Below, piece after piece: positions 19,201-28,139 of a stretch of DNA of 64,000 nt. Position numbers and translations under genes: made by a program. The DNA lies in the IMG/VR virus record IMGVR_UViG_3300008954_000001. One strand, given 5' to 3'. This DNA comes from a virus. Taxonomy: Duplodnaviria > Caudoviricetes. The notes below the pieces were generated by a model that ran no database searches, was not told the origin of the DNA, and saw nothing but the letters and a program-made list of their open reading frames with translations. How positions within the stretch are numbered: position 1 is the first letter of the stretch; every line of letters starts with the position of its first letter.

Positions 19201-20026
19201 TGAATAACTCCTGGGCCACACGAGAGGGGCTTACTTTCAGGAGGGCCATCCGCTTACGGCGGATTGAAGCTACGGTATCTGGTGGTATCTTCAGGCCATA
19301 TTTGACCAAGAACTTGATTGCTCGAAGCATTCGAGTCGGGTCATCTTGAAAAGTCGTGTCAGGGTCAAGGGGGCAACGTGCTTCACCTGCCTTCAAATCC
19401 TCCAAGCCGCAACCCGTCATATCAATGATCTCGGCTTTATCTGGACCCTTCGCTAAATCCGATAGCCGCCACATCAACGTGTTGAAGGTGAAGTCCCTCC
19501 GCATGATATCTTCTTTGATCCCAGACCATTCAACAGAGGGTTTGTACCCCCCGCCGGAATCGTCCGAATAAGTCTCTGACCGAGCGTTAACGATCTCAAT
19601 GGCAGCATCGCCCTCGGCACTAAACTCACTGAGGTCCACACCGTCCACAACCCACGAACTTTTCACTACAATCTTGGCAACTCCGTAGTTGTCCGTGATC
19701 AACTCCGTAGAGGCTGGAATCATGCGCTCTAACCGCTTGGCGAGCCAAGCCGAGTCTTTACCCAAGTGTTTTGAGTCTATGACCATATCCACATCTTTAA
19801 TGGGTTGGTCGATTACGAAGTTTCGGACAGCCCCGCCCACCACATACACATGCTTTCCCACATCAGGACCAAGACGGCCCACAGCCTCTGCCATCCACCG
19901 CATTAGAGCGGTCGAGTGTTGGCTGGACACAGATTTCTTGTGGAAGGCTGAGACAACCCTTTGAACTGTGTCTTTATGTTGTGTGGTAAGGGTCACAAAA
20001 GCATCCTTCATCGGTCGGTAATACAC
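16250..20026 (-). CDS. 1258-aa multidomain protein: N-terminal class II (CCA-adding/poly(A)-polymerase family) nucleotidyltransferase fused to further domains and an acidic C-terminal region
   Basis: VYVVGGAVRN...DVD (motif A with DxD), ARSETY...P-V loop, EDIMRRDFTFN (motif B), DDPTRMLRAIKF (motif D). An alternative start is ATG 20011 (MKDAF). Confidence 0.85.
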   Translation of the reverse strand: MYYRPMKDAFVTLTTQHKDTVQRVVSAFHKKSVSSQHSTALMRWMAEAVGRLGPDVGKHVYVVGGAVRNFVIDQPIKDVDMVIDSKHLGKDSAWLAKRLERMIPASTELITDNYGVAKIVVKSSWVVDGVDLSEFSAEGDAAIEIVNARSETYSDDSGGGYKPSVEWSGIKEDIMRRDFTFNTLMWRLSDLAKGPDKAEIIDMTGCGLEDLKAGEARCPLDPDTTFQDDPTRMLRAIKFLVKYGLKIPPDTVASIRRKRMALLKVSPSRVAQELFKLLEENTWKQTLAQLDRLGLIEPLKVMLQKDKMFAATMKGRAAKLPVQFFFTLTDLGLPVRHDLGFLDAAGRKRVADIAFEMTREEQDHLVSALKNPGNAIKDKSFMPMLAKEKGIEKKDLKSFFPRVQELSRLVLLENPELLKSPNQLKSEIRRSVDKLRLASLLPIMSPWFNLREVVKQCVLLEDHLFHPRKRCPDCIAKHFLTIEGFLEEAVTLDKINEVWETNQTDLSQMADRIRLLQRAWLEESDPQWIAQALRSIRKELDPTALLGVYRQANIERVVDRSYPCPHEETLKMGGLKRWLMNLLSRATTVKAVHDWGVADVTKGSHDIGGMIPQGFVWQIGKEWWASPGDSNTPKRFTNESAAVNAVRFHRVATKTLAEKEDEEAGRLVRPSPKKKPPRKDLRKERVDAEDSDVEDLGAEGDDDLSMNYKRIAQRWLTADGIEELGDDEGFKATKGDKTEHFSTREEAEAWLAEDPGEDDDEGGGGEEEIGDGPEVAKVDSEESIPEGLKGLLDLEAFDDPETDFPRPDVSVSGPVDGKYTITVDHVDGTKDEVSLDPSTEEGLDLLQTFPEQVIETQRVKNKQHVEEELASREELASRLEALLPDLVEALEENAILSEAFDFGAFEAAFEAETEGLKQNPMKLIDARAALSGEYAAERFFEDEGSPAAFIGEALARAEYAKKTYFNPAKDLSDPKDKSELTKDARFAQVSSTIEDSRKYSGDDRQVLVMALEAEADTLPERSKRVAEIEARIEGHHLAAILKGHESPGGVSPSKETKRFVRKMAETEDGHAALCTPLQEWHTQESREVFFAVMEEVPDEQFQDFFDSATPSGIMAGRVPLGHDPEERGTLRDWAMAMALDSITVYSPLLAEIGLQEEDGGDFAYLEACKGLIKEAHDNLLNEEEPPEDIGGTLRKSISATVLSIFAEKKQDQEKLSDDLFLLADKVREHADTGNAEALSQKTLPPPPPPFGGRRKENK

Positions 20027-20069
20027 CTACCGTTGAAAGATGATAGGCAGACTATGGAGGACACCTGTA

Positions 20070-21761
20070 TTAGAAGCGGCTACCGCCATCGTCCTTCTTC
20101 TCGTACTCCAAGCCCATGCTCTCAGCGACCTTCTGAGCCACATCAGAGCTTTCGGCCAAAGCCCGACCAACCTCACTGTACACTGACCGCATAACCTCAT
20201 TGAAAGAGGAGTCGTTCAAAGTGAATAGATCCCGTTGTAGTTTGAGCTTGGTTGTCTCTGGGTCGATATTTAGCAACTCCAAGATAATGTCGATATCGAG
20301 ACTTCCCTTTTGATAAAGGTTGAACAAGGCATCGAAAGTATCTGAGTTGTCCCGCAAGGCCAATCGAGTGAACGAGAGTTTAGGGTAAATCACATTCTCC
20401 AACCCGTCCTCATCCGTCTCAACGAACCCCATGCGAGCACACATCGGCTTGAAAACGTACTCTTCAATGAAATCTTGGAGGAGTTCCCGAAGCAACATAT
20501 AGCGAGTGTTGATCACCTCAAGGTTGATCCTATCCCCCGAATACGAAGACTCACCTGAAAGCAAAGACTCCGTTACCCCAAGGCCCGCATATAGCTGGCG
20601 GTCAGTCAGGTCATACTCAGTGGTCAAATCCAACAGGCGTTGATCCGCCCCCATTTCTTCCCAACGAATCTCGAAGTTGGCGATGATTGAGTAGTCGGGG
20701 TCTTGTAGAGATAGGTCCACCTGATCCCGTAACTCCTCAACATCCTGAATATCCATACCTTCGGCATAAATCACTCGAATGGGGGTCATGTGGCGGCTGG
20801 CGATAGAAGTCTGAGCCTGTCGGAGCTTGTCCCTAAACACCAATGTTCGGATACAGCGTTCGAGGATCGAGTGTCCACGGGCCTCGTATTGGCTCTTTTT
20901 GCGGGACATGTAGTAAACGAACGACCCCGCTTCGGGGTCTGTGTTCAAGGAAATGTTCTGGCCGCCTCGAATTGAATTGACCACATCGGAGGGCATCGAA
21001 TCCACAACACGCTTGGCGTTGGAGTCGCCCATATCCGCTTGGTTGATCAGATCCTTGGTCTTCGAGTCAGGGATAAGCTCAACAATCCTTTCATCCGTAA
21101 AAGGAAACGCTTCCATGTGGACTTGTTCGGGAGGCAATATACGAATGGCAGTCCAACCATTGTAGTTCTCCTTTAGCCAAGTAACGGCTCGATCATCTGC
21201 GTCTGGTCGCTCGTGCCATTGGACATCCACCTCTTGAGTCTCGTCATTCAAAACACGGACTTCTTCTTGTCGAATATCTTGGGGCATGTCCGGGGAGGTG
21301 TCTTCAACAAAGATAAACACCTCTCCAATCAAATGATAGTCATGGACAATCTCAATCAGCCGATGCAGCAGCCCCGTGCTCTTTGACCATTTCTGGCAAA
21401 AGGCCAACGCTTTCTCCGCTAATTGGTGATCTTCCGCTTTCGGGATATTCAACCGAAGTTTGCTCAGGGGAAGCTCTGTGTGTAGGTCAATCGCTTGACC
21501 TACAAAAGGGTCGGCCCGATAAAAGAAGCGATAGTAGTTACGCTGTTCATCAAGACTTTGAGGAAGCTCCAAGAAGTCTGTCGAAAGCTCAGGGCTATAA
21601 AAGTTGCCCCCCGCCCCAGTCATGCTTCCACCCACTTGTGGGAAAGAAGCCATCTTGATCCCGCCCGTTGCGATTTTTCTCGGCTTCCCTGTCGTGACTT
21701 TCGCACGATTTGGAACCTTGGCTACCTCTTTGCCTTCTTGTTCCTCGATCTTTCTACTCAT
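20070..21761 (-). CDS. Portal protein
   Basis: 563 aa. FFYRADPFVGQAIDLHTELPL, EIVHDYHLIGEVF, HSILERCIRTLVFRDKLRQAQ and LGVTESLLSGE segments are portal-like. Located between TerL and the protease. Confidence 0.75.
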   Translation of the reverse strand: MSRKIEEQEGKEVAKVPNRAKVTTGKPRKIATGGIKMASFPQVGGSMTGAGGNFYSPELSTDFLELPQSLDEQRNYYRFFYRADPFVGQAIDLHTELPLSKLRLNIPKAEDHQLAEKALAFCQKWSKSTGLLHRLIEIVHDYHLIGEVFIFVEDTSPDMPQDIRQEEVRVLNDETQEVDVQWHERPDADDRAVTWLKENYNGWTAIRILPPEQVHMEAFPFTDERIVELIPDSKTKDLINQADMGDSNAKRVVDSMPSDVVNSIRGGQNISLNTDPEAGSFVYYMSRKKSQYEARGHSILERCIRTLVFRDKLRQAQTSIASRHMTPIRVIYAEGMDIQDVEELRDQVDLSLQDPDYSIIANFEIRWEEMGADQRLLDLTTEYDLTDRQLYAGLGVTESLLSGESSYSGDRINLEVINTRYMLLRELLQDFIEEYVFKPMCARMGFVETDEDGLENVIYPKLSFTRLALRDNSDTFDALFNLYQKGSLDIDIILELLNIDPETTKLKLQRDLFTLNDSSFNEVMRSVYSEVGRALAESSDVAQKVAESMGLEYEKKDDGGSRF

Positions 21762-22054
21762 GCTTCACGTCCCTTAGTGGCCCGATCAACAACCCTGTCT
21801 TGCAAGTCGGGATCGTCCAAATCATAATTAGGGGCCATTGGCCGAGCAGAGGACAGGGCATTTAACGCATTTTTAAGGTGGCGATGAATGTCTTTCAACC
21901 TACGCTTTTGTTGGCCCGAAGCCGTCTTTGACGCTTGGGAATATACTCCCAAGGCTTGACGAAGGGAATTCTCGGCACTGGCCATATGACCAAGTGCCTC
22001 TCGATCCACATCATTCTTTGCAAGTCTGGCTCGAAGTTTTCCCATGTTCCACAA
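21758..22054 (-). CDS. Hypothetical helical protein
   Basis: 98 aa, ATGA overlap with the portal start. Start uncertain (GTG 22054 or ATG 22045). Confidence 0.6.
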   Translation of the reverse strand: MWNMGKLRARLAKNDVDREALGHMASAENSLRQALGVYSQASKTASGQQKRRLKDIHRHLKNALNALSSARPMAPNYDLDDPDLQDRVVDRATKGREA

Positions 22055-22063
22055 TACCCTCGG

Positions 22064-22339
22064 CTACCCACGACCTTTTCGAGGTTCATCCGACTTAAAC
22101 CCTGACCGTGTAATATGCCCTGTCTTGTAAGCCGTTTTCACAACTTTCTTCAAGAGAGTAATATGGGGAACACTACCTGAAAAGAGCCTTCTCCAAGAAC
22201 CACCAGCCCGCTTAAACACCCGTATGATCTCATCATACTCGGCCCCAATATGCACGGCATCAGGACCATACTTATCGATGAAATCTTTGATAAGACGGTA
22301 ATCAGCCCGTACAGGATCAGTGGGGTCTTTGTTGGGCAT
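22064..22339 (-). CDS. Hypothetical protein (91 aa)
   Basis: ATG 22339 (MPNKDPTDP) with GAGGAG RBS, immediately after the TerL stop. Confidence 0.6.
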   Translation of the reverse strand: MPNKDPTDPVRADYRLIKDFIDKYGPDAVHIGAEYDEIIRVFKRAGGSWRRLFSGSVPHITLLKKVVKTAYKTGHITRSGFKSDEPRKGRG

Positions 22340-22340
22340 C

Positions 22341-24161
22341 TTATCTCCTCTTCTTCCCAGGCACTTGCCGAGACTCGTGTGAGCCACCTCGCATAGCCTT
22401 GAGTCGGGCCTTCCTTCTGTGCCTTGTTATAGAAGCCTCATTGTTGTTAACGCCCCCTCGATGGCCCACCATGTACTTCTGGTTCCCCAAATGCTGTGAG
22501 GCAAGCCAGATCATTCGGCAAAGAGCATCCGCCATATCATCGTGTTTCCCTTCTGTATTGGGGGCCTCCACCGTAGTCACAAACTTTGAGTGGTAGTGGG
22601 CTTGAAGCTCTAAAAGCTCCTTTATGTATGCACAGTGCTGTTCGCCTTCGGGGATCGGGTGGTCGTATAGCTCCAACCTTTTATCGAAAAGCATATCTTT
22701 GAAGTTCTTGAACATTTCACTGGTTTTAGGTTTCGTCATCGCCTCGGAACGGAGCTTCCTCAAACCTCGCTTGATAAGGGCCTGCTCCAAAGGAATCCCC
22801 GCCCATTGATCAAAAAGACCCTCCGAGAAGTAAAACTTCTTACTCAACGCAAGAATCCAATCGGCCACGTCATCGAACTCAAGACGATCTTTATCGGCGT
22901 ACTGCCCCTCACCCGCTTTAATGCTGTCCACCAAATCCACCACAATCTTATTGTTTGTGTCTATGTGTCCAATAGCAATAGCGGTGCCGTCACCTACAAG
23001 GCCAAGGTCGATCCCGACAAAATGGGGGGCCTTTGATTTGGCCCCTGTGCGAGCTTTACGGTCTGGGATCACGCAATCCATAAGATCAGACTCCCGCTCA
23101 ATCCAACCTTTTGTTCGGTCAGTGAAAACACCGCCGTACTCCGTAAAGAATACGTTCGGGTCTTTGATGTAGTGCTTTTCAAACTCTGTGGCGGGAACCG
23201 TTGGGTTCACTTCCCATGTAGGGGCCTGAACACACAGCATGTTTTCCGCAGCCTTCCCACCCCTCATTCCAATTTGGAACAGTTTGTAGAACTGGCCTTG
23301 GCGACCTAAAGGGGAGGAAATCAAAATGATACGGCCCTCTACAGGGCCGATTGGAATCCGAGAATCGGTCGGGTCTTTGGGCGAGAACGCTGAAGTAGAG
23401 GGTGTTACGGCGTTATAGACCGCTTCGGCCCCGGACTGCCCCTTGTCTGTGAAGTGGGCAACCTCATCAAGAATCACCACCAAGTTACCTGCACCACGCA
23501 AACCTTTGGCTACGCAGGAGCGAAAAGTTACCTTAAGGGTAGCTTTTGCATTGGGGTCATCCGCATAAGTCCCATACCTCTTGATATCGTCTGGAGTCTG
23601 AAACCTCGCATAAGACATCGTATTGTTTGCCGTATAGGGATGGAAAAACGCCGTGTTGCGAAAATGGCCTGACACCTCTTGATATAAAAGGCCCGCCTGA
23701 TCCTTATCTGTAGCAACCGAAATGATCTGAATGTTATTAGATGCGGGCAATCCGTAATACTGTTGAGGGTTCTCTTTCTTAATCAGCCTGTATGTCTCAT
23801 AAGCAGCAATACAGGATGAGAGAAGGGTCTTTCCAGAACGGCGACCAATACTCAGGATCATCTCTCGTCGCTCATGCCCCGGCACCACCTCCCGAATGTT
23901 GCATCGGCCCTCATCATACAACCACTCAAGATATGTTTTCTCGGTGTAGTCCTTGAAGTCTTCTCTGCGCCAATCGGAAATCTTGAATGTGGTTGTATCG
24001 TCCAATTCAAGCCCATAGTGGATCTTGAGAATGATCCGCTGAATGGGAAACAGCTTCATTTTCAAGCCCCAAGAGGACTCTACAAACTCAATGATGTTTG
24101 CGTCTTTCTGTAAAGAAGCGTCTACTTTTCCAGCAGATTTAGCGATATCTGAAAGGGCCAC
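22341..24161 (-). CDS. terL: Terminase large subunit
   Basis: Walker A SIGRRSGKT, SVATDKDQA, Walker B VVILDE, ISSP coupling motif, and an RNase H-like nuclease domain (VGIDLG...HDDMADA). Confidence 0.9.
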   Translation of the reverse strand: MALSDIAKSAGKVDASLQKDANIIEFVESSWGLKMKLFPIQRIILKIHYGLELDDTTTFKISDWRREDFKDYTEKTYLEWLYDEGRCNIREVVPGHERREMILSIGRRSGKTLLSSCIAAYETYRLIKKENPQQYYGLPASNNIQIISVATDKDQAGLLYQEVSGHFRNTAFFHPYTANNTMSYARFQTPDDIKRYGTYADDPNAKATLKVTFRSCVAKGLRGAGNLVVILDEVAHFTDKGQSGAEAVYNAVTPSTSAFSPKDPTDSRIPIGPVEGRIILISSPLGRQGQFYKLFQIGMRGGKAAENMLCVQAPTWEVNPTVPATEFEKHYIKDPNVFFTEYGGVFTDRTKGWIERESDLMDCVIPDRKARTGAKSKAPHFVGIDLGLVGDGTAIAIGHIDTNNKIVVDLVDSIKAGEGQYADKDRLEFDDVADWILALSKKFYFSEGLFDQWAGIPLEQALIKRGLRKLRSEAMTKPKTSEMFKNFKDMLFDKRLELYDHPIPEGEQHCAYIKELLELQAHYHSKFVTTVEAPNTEGKHDDMADALCRMIWLASQHLGNQKYMVGHRGGVNNNEASITRHRRKARLKAMRGGSHESRQVPGKKRR

Positions 24162-24162
24162 C

Positions 24163-24843
24163 CTAAGCCTCCTTCACACGCTTACTCGCCTCGGCTTTCC
24201 ACTCGTCATCGAGTTTACTTGCAAACTTAGAAATGACAGTCTCCACCATTTCAGGGCGAGAACCACACTCCAACATTGATTCTTTGAAGGTTTCCACCAA
24301 AAGCTCAAACACCGCCCCAAACTCAGGGCCGTCTACATCCAAGGCTTGTTGGGCCAACTGAGACTTTCGCTTAAGCCAAGTGTCTCCAACCGCTTGAAGA
24401 ATCCGTGCTCGACGGATGGATAGTTGTGATGTGGCATCCCCTTTTCGTTCGGCTTCTTCTCGCTCAAACTTCAAACTGGCGGCTTCTTCCGCCAGTTCGG
24501 ACATCACATTACGAAGCACCTCAGGGGATTCAGGGGCTTCCTGTGTAGCGATTAAAATGGAATCGCAATCACGGGCCGCATCCTTCCGACGAATGGAGTT
24601 AGCAACCGCCTCGTTCGCTATGGGGGCGGATCGGGGAGCATACTTCCGTCCCGGCTTACCCTTCATTGTGATGGGTGCGCCCTTCTTATCTGTCTGGATT
24701 ACATCCGTTTCGATGACATCTTGAAGGTTGCGGTACTTCTCTTTACCGAATTCATCGGTAACTTTGACCCGCATAGCATCGTCTGGACACATCCGAAGCA
24801 GGCGGTAACGCTCTTCTTTCGTCTGCTTTTTGTTGGCTGCCAT
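24163..24843 (-). CDS. Hypothetical protein, candidate terminase small subunit
   Basis: 226 aa, basic N-terminus and helical C-terminus, 1 nt upstream of terL. Assignment is positional only. Confidence 0.4.
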   Translation of the reverse strand: MAANKKQTKEERYRLLRMCPDDAMRVKVTDEFGKEKYRNLQDVIETDVIQTDKKGAPITMKGKPGRKYAPRSAPIANEAVANSIRRKDAARDCDSILIATQEAPESPEVLRNVMSELAEEAASLKFEREEAERKGDATSQLSIRRARILQAVGDTWLKRKSQLAQQALDVDGPEFGAVFELLVETFKESMLECGSRPEMVETVISKFASKLDDEWKAEASKRVKEA

Positions 24844-24857
24844 TCCCTCTCCACAGG

Positions 24858-25325
24858 TTAGAAGTCTGGCCCCGTAATAGCCGGGGAGCCTTCAGACATT
24901 ACCCCTGTGGTGGGATCAAGCGTGAGGTTTTCTGTGTAATCGACCAACTCCAAGGTAATATCTTGGGGGCCGTTTGGACCACTAATGGTCACATCAGCAT
25001 CTACCGCCACTGCGCTGAACCCTGCGATACCGTCATTAAGGGTAGCTCCAATCGCATCAGCGATATTTGAAGCGGTATCGTTCACATTACCGGCAATCTC
25101 CCAATGAGTGCCTTCAACCAGTTCAATGTCCCCTAATGTAATTCGGGAACCTTTTGATGAAATGGCGTTCGTTGCGATTACCGTAAGGGTAGCTTCACAG
25201 GCGGTGGGGTTTCCGGTCAAATTTGCATTGATAACCTTCCCCCCACCGAGATCAATGTGTTGATAGGTCACTGTCCCCAATGCGGGGGAGATAATTTCAA
25301 AGCGACCTTTTGTTTTGCGTGTCAT
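24858..25325 (-). CDS. Putative structural protein
   Basis: 155 aa, beta-rich and G/T/A/N-rich (EGTHWEIAGNVNDTASNIADAI), inside the head module. Confidence 0.55.
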   Translation of the reverse strand: MTRKTKGRFEIISPALGTVTYQHIDLGGGKVINANLTGNPTACEATLTVIATNAISSKGSRITLGDIELVEGTHWEIAGNVNDTASNIADAIGATLNDGIAGFSAVAVDADVTISGPNGPQDITLELVDYTENLTLDPTTGVMSEGSPAITGPDF

Positions 25326-25912
25326 TCGATGTCTCCTATGGGTTCACCCACCAGACTAAAATCGTAGGGCGGTTTTTCAATTCCTGGGCGGCCTTCGGAG
25401 TCTGTCATTCGTTGTTGTAACAGGTAAATAAAGACCTCATGTTGATTTGCTAATGTCATTAGATAATCATCCATACCAAGAGACAGGCTATCCATGCCTT
25501 TTAGTAGGTCATAGGCAGTGCGAATCGTGACTTGTAGGTCTTCTTCCCCCGCCAAAGCTCTCAAAAGCGGGCAATCCACTTCTTTGAACCTTGAGATATG
25601 TGCTTGCGCTTTATCCATTTGGGAGAAAGGGCTGACCGAATCGGGGCCAAATAGCCCAACACACTTTTCGGCAAGCTGGTCAATCTCTCCCGTCATCTGG
25701 TTATACATGCGCTCAAACAACTGGTGATCCCCATAGCTGGATTGGCCTTTTGCTGACCAATGCGCTGACCAGTGCATCCACCGCAACCCTCGAAGCGTTG
25801 CGAGAGTTACCGTAAGAATAGTCTGTGCTGCATGAACGTGCGTAGGGACACCTACCAAATAGGCTTTCTTTAGGTGTCGTGACGCAACTCTGGCAGCAAG
25901 TCTACTCATCAT
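25322..25912 (-). CDS. Dps/ferritin-like four-helix-bundle protein with basic N-terminal leader
   Basis: HWSAHW...GDHQLFERMY...IDQLAEK matches the Dps/ferritin-like HW, HxxFExxY and DxxAE pattern. Start ATG 25912 or 25909, overlapping the upstream stop. Confidence 0.7.
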   Translation of the reverse strand: MMSRLAARVASRHLKKAYLVGVPTHVHAAQTILTVTLATLRGLRWMHWSAHWSAKGQSSYGDHQLFERMYNQMTGEIDQLAEKCVGLFGPDSVSPFSQMDKAQAHISRFKEVDCPLLRALAGEEDLQVTIRTAYDLLKGMDSLSLGMDDYLMTLANQHEVFIYLLQQRMTDSEGRPGIEKPPYDFSLVGEPIGDIE

Positions 25913-28139
25913 CTTCCCCAAGGCTCATCCCACCAAAGAACACCCCCGCCAACTCTTCGTGTTCGGGAGTGTCGTTGAAATCGAACCCTGTCATGGAATC
26001 GTTCGACAGTTGAAACTCGGATGGGTCGTAGCCCGAAAACAAAGAAGCCGTGATTTCTGCATCACTGGCTCTGGCAAGCCGAAGAGCCTCTGCTTGATAC
26101 TTCTTCGGGTTCTCAACCGGAGCTTCCTCTACCAGAATCTTATTGTACTTCTGACAAACAGAAAGCCCGTCAGGGAGTTTGTTTGCGAACTTACAAGTCC
26201 CACATCGAGGCATACACAAAGCGAACTTCAAGCCGTTCGTTCTGTGCCTGTCTGCGCCCCTGTCACAGCCTTTGGTTCCTTCGGGAGTGGCGTAGGCTTC
26301 GGTGTCTACATAAACTTGCCCTGAAAGGCCCTCGTGGGCCTCACGAATCTGAATAAGCTCATGACCAGCCGCCTCTACCAAACGCTTTGAAAAGCGAGCG
26401 GAAAGAAGGTCGTCGAAATCCTTGCCCAACACGCCCTCAGACATCTGAATCCGAGACCACTTAACGAGCTTCCGAACATCTACGCTACTGGTTTTGGTGG
26501 TTCGACTCTCTGGGATCGCCTCTGTGTAAATGGCTTCCGAATACTCTCGAACAGGTGTAGCGGTAATCTCGCCACGCTTCGAGTTGTTCAAAGCCACCAC
26601 CGCAGATGCAGCGTGTACTAACTCGCCCGCATTACGCTTGGACTTGAGTAGCCTATCCGCTTGTCGTTGTGTGATTTGAGCCTTATCCGCCAAAGCCTGA
26701 ACATGCTCTTTGGCCTGATCCAACTTGCTTTTCTTCAAGTCAGCCGTGACCTTCTTGGCCCACTCATGCTTGAGCTTACGAGCCTGACCTACATCCTTCG
26801 TATGGATGCCACTCGGCTTGTAGTCTTTACCCGCTGTCGGAAAGGCCGCTGCGGTAGCAAAGCGAAGCATCTCTTTAGGACTCGCCCCACTATTGATGAT
26901 CTCTTTAGCGGCCTTTTTCGTCAGTGAACCATTCCGCACCAACTCAAGGACATGCTTCTGAGCACGGGTCTTCAACACCGTGTCCAGCGTATCGCCCGTA
27001 ATCTTAGCTTGCGCTTGCTTCTTAGAAGCCGAGAACTTCTCTTTTGCCTCGGCCATACTGACCGACTCTACGGGCGTTTTGTGTGTCGTAAAGGCTTCTC
27101 TGCGCCTCGGCTTCCTCGTAGGCTTCGTAGTAAAGGCGGTTTTAAGGGCTGTGCGAGGGTCCGAACCAGCGACCTTGATGCCCAAGGCTTTGAGTCGTGG
27201 GGCATAAACCCTCAACGCTTCCTTCCAAGGAATATCAAGAACAACTCGCTTACCGAGGTAGTTCTCAAAAGCGGCCATCTTCGTGTTTGGCTCTGCCAAA
27301 ATATAGGCGGCGGAGGCACACTTCGTCTTAATGAGAGAGTCCCATTTTCCGTTGTGCATCCCAGGAAAGGCTGACGCTCGAATAAACACGTTTCCAGCTA
27401 AACCGTGCTCCTCTGAAATCAGGCCAGCCAAAAGCCGTGCCGTGGTGTCGGGAGTTTCAAGCTCTTCGGCGGCTTCTTTCAGCAACGCCTCCATCGAATA
27501 ACCACAAGCGGATCGCCGCATAGCTTTTTGCATGGCGGCTTTTACATTGTCGTAGCCTGGAAGCCCTGATGTTTGGCCGGGATCACGAACTTCAGCTTGA
27601 TACCGCTCAACCTCTTTGTTCCGATTAGGAATCAGTTCCAACCCGTTTGTTCGAGTCTCTACCCACGCTTGTTGGAGAGCAGCCTGAGCCTTATCCACAG
27701 GATTGACAGGAAGCCTGTCTTCATCTTGTTCGAGCGAGGGATCAAGCCAATCGAGATTGGCGAGGGAGGATTTCTTCCCAAGCTGCGAGTTCTCTTCCTC
27801 TGAAAGAACAGCACCAGAAGCCAGCAGTCCCCAAGGATCGCCCATATGTTTATGGAGGGGGCCGCTGCGCTGCTTCACTTGGACGGCTGGCCCTGTGTAG
27901 TTGCTGGGGGCGGAAGGGGGTCCAGCTTCAGCATCTTTTTCATCGGGGCTTTCGGGAAGGATGCCTTCAGGAAGCTCGGCCATGCCGTAGGCTTCAGGTA
28001 ACACGGCCCCGTCTTCAACGCCGTCTCCGTAATCCATATCAAAATCAAAGCCGTCTAAGCCGTAATTGAAACCGGAAGTTGGGACATGGCCGCCATCGGG
28101 GAGATGAGACTCGCTCTGCTTCGCTTTTTTCTTACTCAT
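25902..28139 (-). CDS. Large head-module protein (745 aa) with Cys-rich C-terminal domain
   Basis: Acidic N-terminus, K/A-rich helical middle, C-terminal CDRG...CMPRCGTCKF...CQKY. Coupled to both neighbours by overlaps. Confidence 0.75.
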   Translation of the reverse strand: MSKKKAKQSESHLPDGGHVPTSGFNYGLDGFDFDMDYGDGVEDGAVLPEAYGMAELPEGILPESPDEKDAEAGPPSAPSNYTGPAVQVKQRSGPLHKHMGDPWGLLASGAVLSEEENSQLGKKSSLANLDWLDPSLEQDEDRLPVNPVDKAQAALQQAWVETRTNGLELIPNRNKEVERYQAEVRDPGQTSGLPGYDNVKAAMQKAMRRSACGYSMEALLKEAAEELETPDTTARLLAGLISEEHGLAGNVFIRASAFPGMHNGKWDSLIKTKCASAAYILAEPNTKMAAFENYLGKRVVLDIPWKEALRVYAPRLKALGIKVAGSDPRTALKTAFTTKPTRKPRRREAFTTHKTPVESVSMAEAKEKFSASKKQAQAKITGDTLDTVLKTRAQKHVLELVRNGSLTKKAAKEIINSGASPKEMLRFATAAAFPTAGKDYKPSGIHTKDVGQARKLKHEWAKKVTADLKKSKLDQAKEHVQALADKAQITQRQADRLLKSKRNAGELVHAASAVVALNNSKRGEITATPVREYSEAIYTEAIPESRTTKTSSVDVRKLVKWSRIQMSEGVLGKDFDDLLSARFSKRLVEAAGHELIQIREAHEGLSGQVYVDTEAYATPEGTKGCDRGADRHRTNGLKFALCMPRCGTCKFANKLPDGLSVCQKYNKILVEEAPVENPKKYQAEALRLARASDAEITASLFSGYDPSEFQLSNDSMTGFDFNDTPEHEELAGVFFGGMSLGEDDE

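Noticed and set aside
16250-20026. Poly(A) polymerase (PcnB) call
   Set aside because: The PAP-specific G[RK][RK]F signature is not seen, and the loop before RRDFT looks CCA-enzyme-like. Exact specificity (CCA, CC or A adding) cannot be decided by eye.
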